DNA from: Christensenellaceae bacterium
GTDB lineage: Bacteria > Bacillota > Clostridia > Christensenellales > CAG-138
Assembly (NCBI GenBank): GCA_963675855.1
Contig: OY776633.1
Span: 2,778,546-2,842,545, forward strand
Reading direction: 5' to 3'
DNA length: 64,000 nt
In this document: positions 37,024 through 45,068 of the stretch, piece after piece
Layout: each line of letters opens with the position of its first letter
Numbering within the stretch: position 1 is the first letter of the stretch
The notes under the pieces: generated by a model
Database searches by the model: none
What the model saw: the letters and a program-made list of their open reading frames with translations, nothing else
Told to the model about the DNA's origin: nothing
Program-made: the position numbers and the translations under genes

Positions 37024-38373
37024 TTGCCCGGCACAAACAGAGTCAAAGTCACCCTGGATCCCGTCAACACCGTTTTGCGCAAACTCGCGGTTCCCATGAT
37101 CGCGGGTATATTGGGTATGGTCGTGTTCAATCTTGCGGACACGTATTTCGTCGGCAGGCTCGGCACGCTTCCGATCGCTGCGCTGTCGTTTACGTTTCCC
37201 GTCGTCATGGTAATCGGCAGCATCAACATCGGCCTGGGCATCGGCGCGGGCGCGGTCATCTCGAAGGCGGTCGGCGCGAACGAAAAGGAAAAAGTCACCC
37301 GCCTCGCAACCGACGCGCTGATTCTCGGCCTGCTCGTCGCATTCGTTATCGCGGTGGCCGGATTGCTGACCATCGACCCCCTGTTTCGGGCTTTGGGCGC
37401 GGACGACGCGACCCTTCCCTACGTCCGCTCGTATATGCGCATCTGGTATTTCGGCGCTCCGTTCGTTGTAATCCCCATGATCGGAAACAACGTCATCCGC
37501 GCGCTGGGCGATACAAAAACGCCGAGTTTCGTGATGCTCTTTGCCGCGGGGCTCAACCTCGTTCTGGACCCGCTGCTGATCATGGGAGTATGGATTTTCC
37601 CAAAGCTGGGCGTCTCCGGCGCGGCGCTCGCAACCGTTTTTTCGCGGGCGACGACATTTCTGGTCGCCCTCTACATTCAAATCGTCCGCGAAAAAGTCGT
37701 TTCGCTCAAAAGCGTGCGGCTGTCCAAACTGTTCCGCTCCTGGAAAACCATCCTTTATATCGGGCTGCCCAACTCGATTGCCCGGATGATCATCCCGCTT
37801 GGTACGGGCATCATCACCGGCCTCATCGCGACTTACGGACACGAAGCCGTTGCCGGTTACGGAATCGCGACACGAATCGAATTTTTCGCTTTGAGCGCCA
37901 TCAACGCGCTCGTCGCCGTCATGCCCGTCTATGTCGGCCAGAACTTCGGGGCGAAAAACTTCGGCCGCATCATGGCGGGATTTACTGCGAGCGAAAAATT
38001 CTCCGTAATGAACGGAGCGGTTCTTCTGGCGATTCTCGCCATTCTCGCCAAACCGATTGCGTACTTGTTTACGAGCGATGCGGCAGTCGTCCAAACCGTG
38101 GTGCTGTATCTGCGCATCGTTCCGGTCTGCTATGCATTCATGGGTATCGTCCTGTTGGTCAACGCGTCGTATAACGCGCTGCACAAACCGATTAAAGCGG
38201 CTTTGGTCAATCTGATTCAGATGCTCGCGATCTATATCCCCCTGGCGGTTTTATCATCCAGATATCTCGGGTTATCCGCCGTATTCCTCTCCCGCATCGT
38301 CTCTTACGTCGTCGTCGCAATCGCGGCGCATTTCATCCTGAGAAAGGATCTTGGCAGAATCGCCGGAGAATAA
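37024..38373 (+). CDS. MATE family efflux transporter
   Basis: 'LRKLAVPMIAGILGMVVFNLADTYFVGRLG' is a typical MATE N-terminus, with 12 TM segments. The only in-frame start upstream of the conserved N-terminus is the TTG at 37024, 8 nt behind GAGGT. Confidence 0.8.
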   Translation: MPGTNRVKVTLDPVNTVLRKLAVPMIAGILGMVVFNLADTYFVGRLGTLPIAALSFTFPVVMVIGSINIGLGIGAGAVISKAVGANEKEKVTRLATDALILGLLVAFVIAVAGLLTIDPLFRALGADDATLPYVRSYMRIWYFGAPFVVIPMIGNNVIRALGDTKTPSFVMLFAAGLNLVLDPLLIMGVWIFPKLGVSGAALATVFSRATTFLVALYIQIVREKVVSLKSVRLSKLFRSWKTILYIGLPNSIARMIIPLGTGIITGLIATYGHEAVAGYGIATRIEFFALSAINALVAVMPVYVGQNFGAKNFGRIMAGFTASEKFSVMNGAVLLAILAILAKPIAYLFTSDAAVVQTVVLYLRIVPVCYAFMGIVLLVNASYNALHKPIKAALVNLIQMLAIYIPLAVLSSRYLGLSAVFLSRIVSYVVVAIAAHFILRKDLGRIAGE

Positions 38374-38448
38374 CGTCCGCGCAATCAGCCGGACACGTTC
38401 AGAGCCCTGCGCCGCGCGGAAAAACGCTCCGGCCCGTACTATAATGAA

Positions 38449-38470
38449 AGACCCACAAGGGTCTTTTTTT
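38449..38470 (+). terminator. rho-independent terminator after the MATE gene (left edge of the AT-rich island)
   Basis: agaccc-acaa-gggtct followed by ttttttt. Confidence 0.75.
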
Positions 38471-38517
38471 AAATTTAATATCTAAAAAAACTTGAATTCA
38501 CATTTTTACTCAATAGA

Positions 38518-40116
38518 CTATATAATCCGTCCTCTACGATAAACAGGATTTCTCCAACTGCGAAGTTTCTCAATTGCTTCACGAATGCTGATAATATCTT
38601 TATTCGAAAAATCAAATATTCCTTTTAAAACTAATTCATCACCAAGCGTATAAGTAGCTTCAATACCGCTTTCAATAGCAGAATTATTTAATTGTGAAAA
38701 AATGCCAGGCACTTTATCGCGAGGTATATCAGCGATTATTTCTAATCTGTCGGCTTCACCAGGAATAACGACAAAACTTCCGCCTCCAAGCGAATGAACA
38801 TTAAGTTCAATTGATAATAAAGTTAGACTATTATACCAACGACATAATAGTTGCTCAGTGGTCGTGTTATTTAAATAACCGCCTAAAAGACTATTTGAAA
38901 CAACATAATTTCCTTTGTTTGCTATCATTTTCGGTTTATCACCAAACACTGATAATATCACATCTGGTATTTCAATGTTTGGAGTAATATACCATGGTTT
39001 GCGTAGACGGCATTTATAGCGTTTCTGTACACCTAGCATTTCCCCACTTTTAATATATAGTCTATCGCCTTCAGAAATTGTCCGTGGAATATATAGTCTT
39101 GACGTACACTCTCCTTTATTCACTTCAATGCCAATGCCCGTACCACCATTAACTTCTTTCGCATTAAGAATAGTAGGCAGTAAATTTTCGTCTGGTAACA
39201 GAAATTGTGCGACAACATCATGTTTGGGATGGAAATATTTCTTATCGGCAGAAACATAACCAATTTTAAATTTGCAACTTTCAAGTATCGGACGAATATG
39301 CTTTTTTTCTCTTAATCGCTCTAAAATTTGTTCTTGTGGAGCAGACAATACTGCTGAGATAAAAGGCTTTTTTCTATCTAGTATATCTTCTAGAGCTATT
39401 CGTTCTTGCTGAAATGCTTGTTTTAATAACAGATCATCGATTGTATTATATATCTCATAATTTATATAATCTGTTTCCCCTCCCTTCCCATCAGCAAAGA
39501 GAAGAACTGTTTCAACATCAACATTAGGAAAAAAATCCTCGTATATACGGCAAATAGTAAGTTCAGAAAAACTCTTTGCTAGTATTTTTAACATCCCAAA
39601 AGCATAACGTGCATATGTGATTTCAAAAGGTAAAACAAATGCTAGGCGTCCATTCTTTTTAAGTGCAGTAATTGCTTTTAAAATAAAAGGAAACCACAAA
39701 CTTCCATTATTTGGACATTGAACTTTATTACATGAAATGACTTGTTGAGCAGTCTCACGTTGTTCAAGTGGCACGTTTCTGATGCTTACATAAGGTGGAT
39801 TTCCTAAAACTACATCAAACTGATCATCGAAATTAAGCGACAAAAAATCTGCAGTACGTACATCCAGCATCTCTGCAGGATATCTGCAACGAACATAGTT
39901 AGCCACATCTGCTTGAATTTCAACCGCCGTAATAAGTGGCTTTGAAGCACCTAACGTTCCAAAGCGTTTAAATGATTTGTCAATAAAAATTCCATTGCCA
40001 AACGAAGGCTCTATCACATGGTCATTCTTGTTTCTAATAGCCCAATTCACTACACTTTCAGCCACTTTGCTTTCTGTGTAAAATGAACCTGTAAGTTTCT
40101 GTCTATCTAAATCCAT
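38518..40116 (-). CDS. gamma-class N6-adenine DNA methyltransferase (Eco57I/TaqI-like N6_Mtase with C-terminal target-recognition domain)
   Basis: Motif X 'GSFYTE', motif I 'VIEPSFGNGIF' (39985-40014) and motif IV 'LGNPPYV' (NPPY at 39790-39801) appear in the gamma order X-I-IV. A C-terminal region of about 300 aa is a plausible TRD. Confidence 0.85.
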   Translation of the reverse strand: MDLDRQKLTGSFYTESKVAESVVNWAIRNKNDHVIEPSFGNGIFIDKSFKRFGTLGASKPLITAVEIQADVANYVRCRYPAEMLDVRTADFLSLNFDDQFDVVLGNPPYVSIRNVPLEQRETAQQVISCNKVQCPNNGSLWFPFILKAITALKKNGRLAFVLPFEITYARYAFGMLKILAKSFSELTICRIYEDFFPNVDVETVLLFADGKGGETDYINYEIYNTIDDLLLKQAFQQERIALEDILDRKKPFISAVLSAPQEQILERLREKKHIRPILESCKFKIGYVSADKKYFHPKHDVVAQFLLPDENLLPTILNAKEVNGGTGIGIEVNKGECTSRLYIPRTISEGDRLYIKSGEMLGVQKRYKCRLRKPWYITPNIEIPDVILSVFGDKPKMIANKGNYVVSNSLLGGYLNNTTTEQLLCRWYNSLTLLSIELNVHSLGGGSFVVIPGEADRLEIIADIPRDKVPGIFSQLNNSAIESGIEATYTLGDELVLKGIFDFSNKDIISIREAIEKLRSWRNPVYRRGRII

Positions 40117-40131
40117 AATAATCTGTCCTAG

Positions 40132-40761
40132 TTATAATGGTTTGCGATTATTATAGGTATTCACAATTTTGTCAAAGAAGTTATCAATACTGAGTAACGG
40201 TATCGTGTTTATCAGAGTAGGAGGGTTGTTTTGAAAATCAACTTTGAGGAAAGCGAAATGCTCATATTTGTCCTTTGTTCCTCGCCAATCATCTCTACCT
40301 ACGATGCGTTCAAACAGGCGCTCAGCACGATCAAGATTCACTTCTTCTCGAAGTCCTTCTTTAATCGGGTGGTTAGGTAATAAATAAACATAACATAAAA
40401 CAGCCATTGGAAATCTATCATGTAGAGAAATACAATCACCGATAATCTCTTCATAGTATGTTAGTAGATTCTTTGCCACCGATGACATTTGACTACGAAT
40501 GCCTATTATTATCTGTGGCCCATTAATGTTTTCAATGACAGCCACGTCAACATCCTTTGGTTTGTGAGAGCCATAAATGGTGGCTTCCTTAATAATTTGA
40601 AAACTAGCATTATCAATCCCTACTTTTCTTAGTTCAGATATGCAATAATCATGCAAAACATTAATAAATTCTTGACTGCGCACTGAAGCTACAGGTGCAT
40701 TGAGATATATTGTTTTCATTTCTTGTAAACAATTAATTAACGCTTGTTTTTGTATTGGCAT
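40132..40761 (-). CDS. putative Type II restriction endonuclease (assignment by context only)
   Basis: 209-aa ORF 15 nt upstream of the methyltransferase, on the same strand and with the same AT-rich composition. A possible PD-(D/E)xK-like core lies around 'KPKDVDVAVIE..IIIGIRSQ', but no family was recognised. Confidence 0.45.
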   Translation of the reverse strand: MPIQKQALINCLQEMKTIYLNAPVASVRSQEFINVLHDYCISELRKVGIDNASFQIIKEATIYGSHKPKDVDVAVIENINGPQIIIGIRSQMSSVAKNLLTYYEEIIGDCISLHDRFPMAVLCYVYLLPNHPIKEGLREEVNLDRAERLFERIVGRDDWRGTKDKYEHFAFLKVDFQNNPPTLINTIPLLSIDNFFDKIVNTYNNRKPL

Positions 40762-41063
40762 AAACGTTTCTCTCTTTCAGATTTCTGTAGTGCTTATTTA
40801 TTATTGTGCCATATTCTTAATCAAATTGTTATGAAAATGCAATTAACTTTATTCCGCACAAAACCTTCCATGGTCTTTTTTGGTATTAGTGTAACATAAT
40901 ACAATCAAAAATTGCATCAATTAAGACAAAACAAATCCTTGATTTTGTAACTGCATTGATAATCGTGTTTTTAATAGAGCGAATATTCATAATCCTCCCT
41001 CCGTACCAATATCACTGTGCATCTCATCTTATTTGATAAAATGTGATAAAAGGAGTGACCGAT

Positions 41064-41624
41064 ATGGATCGTACCATTTTTACGGCGGCGCAAACGGACG
41101 CGCTGCTTCAAACGCTTCAATCCCGCTTCCATTCCAACATGAACCGCCACGAGGGGTTGGACTGGGCGGCAATCGAGGCGCGCCTGCGTGACCAGCCTGA
41201 AAAACTTTGGTCCCTGCACCGCATGGAGGAGACCGGAGGCGAGCCGGATGTGTTCGCGCCGGACGCGGGTACTCACGAATATGTCTTTTTCGACTTTTCC
41301 GCCGAGACGCCGAACGGAAGAAAAAGCCTCTGCTACGACCGTGCTGCGCTCGAATCGCGCAAGGAATACAAACCCGTCAGCTCCGTGCTGGACATGGCGC
41401 AAGAGATGGGCGTTTCCCTGCTTTCCGAAGAACAGTACCGCGCGATGCAGGAACTCGGCGCGTTCGACAAAAAGACATCCAGCTGGGTTTTAACCCCGCC
41501 GGAGATCCGTTCGCTCGGCGGCGCGATCTTCTGCGACCGGCGGTATAACCACGTGTTCACCTACCACAACGGCGCCGAGTCCTATTATTCCTCGCGCGGG
41601 TTCCGCGCGGTTTTGCGGGTGTAA
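41064..41624 (+). CDS. DUF4256 domain protein
   Basis: 'HRMEETGGEPDV', 'SLCYDRAALESRKEYKP' and 'SSWVLTPPEIRSLGGAIFCDRRYNHVFTYHNGAESYYSSRGFR' match my recollection of DUF4256. The ATG at 41064 sits behind AAAGGAG. Confidence 0.65.
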   Translation: MDRTIFTAAQTDALLQTLQSRFHSNMNRHEGLDWAAIEARLRDQPEKLWSLHRMEETGGEPDVFAPDAGTHEYVFFDFSAETPNGRKSLCYDRAALESRKEYKPVSSVLDMAQEMGVSLLSEEQYRAMQELGAFDKKTSSWVLTPPEIRSLGGAIFCDRRYNHVFTYHNGAESYYSSRGFRAVLRV

Positions 41625-41640
41625 ATCAGGATAGACCACA

Positions 41641-41666
41641 AAAGCCCGCCGGAAGGCGGGTTTTTG
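41641..41666. terminator. bidirectional rho-independent terminator (DUF4256 gene / PQQ-repeat gene convergent)
   Basis: aaag-cccgcc-ggaa-ggcggg-ttttt. Confidence 0.75.
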
Positions 41667-41679
41667 CTTGTTTCGTTTT

Positions 41680-44280
41680 TTATCCGATGAACACCGGATA
41701 GGTGTCCACCAACACATAGAAGCGCGCGCCGTCAGGGATGGTCTCCCCTTTGTCGAGCGTGAGCACGATGGAATCGATGGTTCCGTCGCCGTTAGAATAG
41801 ACCGCGGTGTTCTTTGTATAGTACAGCGGTAACGGATGCCCGGCAGAGTCGGTGACCAGCAGGCTGAACACGTGCCCGTCCGTTCGGAGCGTGCTGTCCG
41901 TAAAGCGCGCGTTGACGAGGCCTTCGTCGAGCCGCTGCTCTACGTAGACCTCTCCCGCACCGTCCGGCATCGCCGCGCTGCCCCGCACGCTCAGGCGGAC
42001 GCCGCCGCGTACGAACATCTGACCGGACTTAAATTCGCTCATGCCCATGAGTTTGAGCCCGATGCCGTAGAACTCGATCTCGTCGCAGTTGGTCACGGCA
42101 ATCAGGTCCGCGTCGCGTGCGAACGTTCCGTCCGCATTCAGCGGCGCGCTGATATGGTAGGACGCAAACGGCATATCCCAGGAACCGATGAACTTGATCT
42201 TGAACCCGTCGTCGTTATACAGCGTAACCAACCCGTCCTGCACGTGCAGCAGCATGGGATAACGCGTCATCGCGCCGGGATCGATGGCGGAGGTTCCGTC
42301 CTCCTGCAGCCGCCCCTCGATCACCCAGAGCAGCAGGTCGCCGTTTGGCAGGCGGTCCACCGCACCCGCGATGTAATGCAGCGAGTCGAACCCGATCTGA
42401 TTATAGGACGGCAGGATCGCCGGCGTCGGCGCGGAGAGCCGGCTGAGCTCCAACAAGCTCTGTTCCATCCCTGCCGTTGCGGGCACGAACGGGTTTTCGA
42501 CATCCGCGCTCCCGGCGAGGCGGAAGATAAACGTCTCTTGCACACTGCCCGTTCTGCGCCCGCCGAAGAACTTCAGCCCGAAGCGCGAGAGATTCGTCTT
42601 ATAGTCCGCGTTGACGGTAATCGTGATTTCGCCGTTTTCGTCCGCTTTCCAGCCGGAAAGCGGCGGCACAATGTTGACGAAGCGGTTCGTCGCGCCGACA
42701 TCCACACGGTACCCTTCGTTTCCGTCTACCGTCACGCGCACGCTGCCGCGATCCAGCGCAGAGAGCACGTTGTCGCCGTCACCCCGCACGAGCAGCGTAA
42801 TCGTGACGGGCTCGTTTGCGTCGATCTGTTCCGGCGGCGCGAGCAGCAGGCTGCCAAATCCGGTCGTAAAGAGCAGGTTCACGCCGTCGCCCGGCATATC
42901 CTCTCCCGCCGTATAGCAGCGCGCATCCAGCTTGCCCGCCGCACTCAGCGGGTAGTCGTAGGGAACGAAAAACACCTCTCCGCTCTCTCCGGCGATATAG
43001 ACACCGTCTTTACCGAGCCCCGGCGAACCGTTGAGGTCGTTTCGCGCCTCTGTAATACACTGGTAGCTCCAGCGCAGCGTTCCGTCCGGATTGACGCAAT
43101 AAAGCTTTCCTTCGCCGTTGCCGAAATAGATATTGTCGTTTCCGTCCACGGCGGGCGAGGAGCGGATGGGTTCGAGCGTGTCAAACTCCCAGACGGATTT
43201 GCCTTTGCCGGGGTCGATCGCGTAAAGCGTACCGTCCGTGCTGGCCTGGACGATCGTTCCGTCGCTGAGCTGCGCGGGGCTTGCGTAGATGTGATCCTTG
43301 GTGCCGAATTTCCAGAGCAGCTTGCCGTTCTCCTGCGCAAACGCGCGCACGAACCCGTCGAATCCGCCGACCACGACCGCGCCGTTTTCCGCCGTGCTGG
43401 TCAGAAGCGACGTCGCCGCGACGGTGCCGAAACTCCCGGTCAACCAGAGGCGCTCCCCGTCGATATCGTAGGCGAACACATTTCTGAGAGTCTGATAGTC
43501 CGACGCAAAGAAGATCCTTCCGGTTTCGAGATTGACGGACGGCAGCGACCAGACCATCTCGTTTGCCAGATACGCCGCTTTGCGTTCGCCCGTCTCTCTA
43601 TCGAGCGCGTAGACCAGATAATTGTCGTTTGGCGCGAGCAGCGTGCCGTCTTTCAGCATGGCGAGGTTGCCCTCGAACCAGTTGACATTGTAGGTTTTTA
43701 TATCGTACTGCGCCTCCACCTCATCCGTGCTCTGCGCGGCCGATTTCCAGAGCACTTCGCCCGTCTCCCGGTCGATGCAGTACACGTTCGCATCGCCGGA
43801 ACCGACGTATACACGCCCCTGATCGTCCAGCAGCGCGGAGGAGTCTATGATCTCCCCGGTCTTGACGGTCCACTTCACCGTTCCGTCAGGCGCAAAGCAG
43901 TAAAACACCGTATCTGCCGATCCGATGTAGCAGTTTCCCGCCGCGTCGATCACCGGCGAGGAAAACACGCCCTTGCCCGTGCGGTAGCTCCACGGCGTGA
44001 GTGTATCGTCGGCCGCCGGTTCCACGGGGCTTCTGCCGTTGTTGAGCGCGTTGGCACGAAACTTCGCCCATGGGCTGGCCGGATCGAGCGGAATGCCGTA
44101 TTCATACGTTCCGTCTTTATTGATAGCGGTATCCGGCGCGGGCGAAAGATCGTGCGGCCCGAACGGCACCAGCAGTACGACGGCACAGAGCGCGCCGAGC
44201 ACGATCAGTCCGAGCAGAATCTTCCAGCCGAGGCCGTGCCGTTTTTTCTTCGGCCCACTCTGTTTGCGTTTGCCACCCAT
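41680..44280 (-). CDS. membrane-anchored PQQ-like beta-propeller repeat protein with a ~400-aa uncharacterised C-terminal region
   Basis: N-terminal basic stretch and TM 'WKILLGLIVLGALCAVVLLV'. At least 6 repeats of the type 'GRVYVGSGDANVYCIDRETGEVLWK' / 'DGTLYAIDPGKGKSVWEF'. The start at 44280 sits 7 nt behind AGGAGG. Confidence 0.75.
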   Translation of the reverse strand: MGGKRKQSGPKKKRHGLGWKILLGLIVLGALCAVVLLVPFGPHDLSPAPDTAINKDGTYEYGIPLDPASPWAKFRANALNNGRSPVEPAADDTLTPWSYRTGKGVFSSPVIDAAGNCYIGSADTVFYCFAPDGTVKWTVKTGEIIDSSALLDDQGRVYVGSGDANVYCIDRETGEVLWKSAAQSTDEVEAQYDIKTYNVNWFEGNLAMLKDGTLLAPNDNYLVYALDRETGERKAAYLANEMVWSLPSVNLETGRIFFASDYQTLRNVFAYDIDGERLWLTGSFGTVAATSLLTSTAENGAVVVGGFDGFVRAFAQENGKLLWKFGTKDHIYASPAQLSDGTIVQASTDGTLYAIDPGKGKSVWEFDTLEPIRSSPAVDGNDNIYFGNGEGKLYCVNPDGTLRWSYQCITEARNDLNGSPGLGKDGVYIAGESGEVFFVPYDYPLSAAGKLDARCYTAGEDMPGDGVNLLFTTGFGSLLLAPPEQIDANEPVTITLLVRGDGDNVLSALDRGSVRVTVDGNEGYRVDVGATNRFVNIVPPLSGWKADENGEITITVNADYKTNLSRFGLKFFGGRRTGSVQETFIFRLAGSADVENPFVPATAGMEQSLLELSRLSAPTPAILPSYNQIGFDSLHYIAGAVDRLPNGDLLLWVIEGRLQEDGTSAIDPGAMTRYPMLLHVQDGLVTLYNDDGFKIKFIGSWDMPFASYHISAPLNADGTFARDADLIAVTNCDEIEFYGIGLKLMGMSEFKSGQMFVRGGVRLSVRGSAAMPDGAGEVYVEQRLDEGLVNARFTDSTLRTDGHVFSLLVTDSAGHPLPLYYTKNTAVYSNGDGTIDSIVLTLDKGETIPDGARFYVLVDTYPVFIG

Positions 44281-44314
44281 CGAGTAATCCTCCTGTGTAA
44301 TCATATGATCATCT

Positions 44315-44887
44315 TTAACCCAGTCGTTCTCGTCCGGCGCTCGTGCAGACGCCGCCAAGCAGCATGCGCACCGCGCGCTTTTGCAGCGCCGCGAAATCCG
44401 CCGTGGTCAGCCGCTCGCGCTCGAGCATCAGCCCCTCCATCGCGTAGGCATAGAGCCTGCTGAACAGATCTCGGTCGAAGTTTTCCAGCGTTCCTTCCGC
44501 GCGCGCTTCATCCATCACCGCGAAGGTCTTGTCCCACCCGGTTTCAAGCCAGCGCGTTAAGAGCAGATACGCTTCTGGAAACGCGCGCTGCAGTTCGCGG
44601 ATGCGATACTCTTGAAACGGCATCTCCGGCACCACGCACAAAAGCCGCACGACACGCTCCAGCGCGCCGGTCGACGCGTCGGTCCGGATGGCGGCCTGCT
44701 GGCGTTCCACCGCGTCGAAGTACCGTGCGAGCGCGCGCAAAACCAGCTCCTCTTTACTCGGCACCAGTTCGTAGAGCGTCTTCTTGCTCACGCCAAGCCT
44801 GTTCGACAGCTCGTCCATCGTAAATTTCGCGCCCTGTTCCTGATAGAGCGCGAACGTTTCGCGGTAGAGTTCGTCTTCGTTTCTCAT
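44315..44887 (-). CDS. TetR/AcrR family transcriptional regulator
   Basis: N-terminal HTH 'FTMDELSNRLGVSKKTLYELVPSKEELV'. 190 aa. It lies directly upstream of the PQQ-repeat gene. Confidence 0.85.
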   Translation of the reverse strand: MRNEDELYRETFALYQEQGAKFTMDELSNRLGVSKKTLYELVPSKEELVLRALARYFDAVERQQAAIRTDASTGALERVVRLLCVVPEMPFQEYRIRELQRAFPEAYLLLTRWLETGWDKTFAVMDEARAEGTLENFDRDLFSRLYAYAMEGLMLERERLTTADFAALQKRAVRMLLGGVCTSAGRERLG

Positions 44888-44925
44888 ATCTGCCTCGCTG
44901 ATGGAATATCTGGAGTTTTTAACTG

Positions 44926-44955
44926 AATAAACTATATTGGTTTATTGAGTTTATT
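44926..44955. promoter_or_regulatory. candidate TetR operator (inverted repeat aataaac-N7-gtttatt plus a third gtttatt half-site)
   Basis: Arms at 44926-44932 and 44940-44946, with an extra half-site at 44949-44955. It lies in the divergent tetR/helicase intergenic region, 39 nt from the tetR ATG. Confidence 0.3.
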
Positions 44956-45016
44956 ATAGCAGAATCGCACCGCTTCACAAGCTCTTTTTTCCGGCGTGTA
45001 TTCCGCCGCCACGCTA

Positions 45017-45025
45017 TGGTATAAT
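45017..45025 (+). promoter_or_regulatory. extended -10 element (TGgTATAAT) for the helicase-nuclease gene
   Basis: The exact sequence tggtataat is present. The ORF-track ATG (45024) lies inside this hexamer. Confidence 0.4.
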
Positions 45026-45068
45026 GACACAAGCAAACAAATGTACTCTTTTGTTATGGAGGCAGACT

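Larger units (their letters stand above)
38471..41040. other. AT-rich foreign island carrying a methyltransferase and a putative endonuclease
   Basis: The composition changes abruptly. A hand count of line 39601 gives 21/60 G+C, against 34/60 for line 38281 in the MATE gene. AAA/ATT/TTT-rich codon usage. No integrase or transposase. Confidence 0.7.

Noticed and set aside
40996-41010. tccctccg-t-accaat at the right edge of the R-M island resembles the tRNA-Leu 3' end (tccctccg-gtcgc-accaat). This would suggest a degenerate attR and a 4.3-kb tRNA-anchored island spanning the MATE gene and the R-M pair.
   Set aside because: The match is short and split by a 4-nt gap. It also coincides with the GGAGGGAGG RBS-like sequence on the other strand. 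The intervening MATE gene has native GC-rich composition, and there is no integrase. This is probably coincidence, though it is worth a glance in comparative data.
40971-41402. 143-aa minus-strand ORF spanning the island boundary.
   Set aside because: It is antisense to the well-supported DUF4256 gene, has an Arg/Val-rich composition, and has no RBS.
45024-45068. ATG at 45024 as the start of the helicase-nuclease gene (the ORF-track start).
   Set aside because: The ATG overlaps the TATAAT of an exact TGgTATAAT promoter element and has no RBS. The TTG at 45069, behind GGAGG, is more plausible. This remains unproven.
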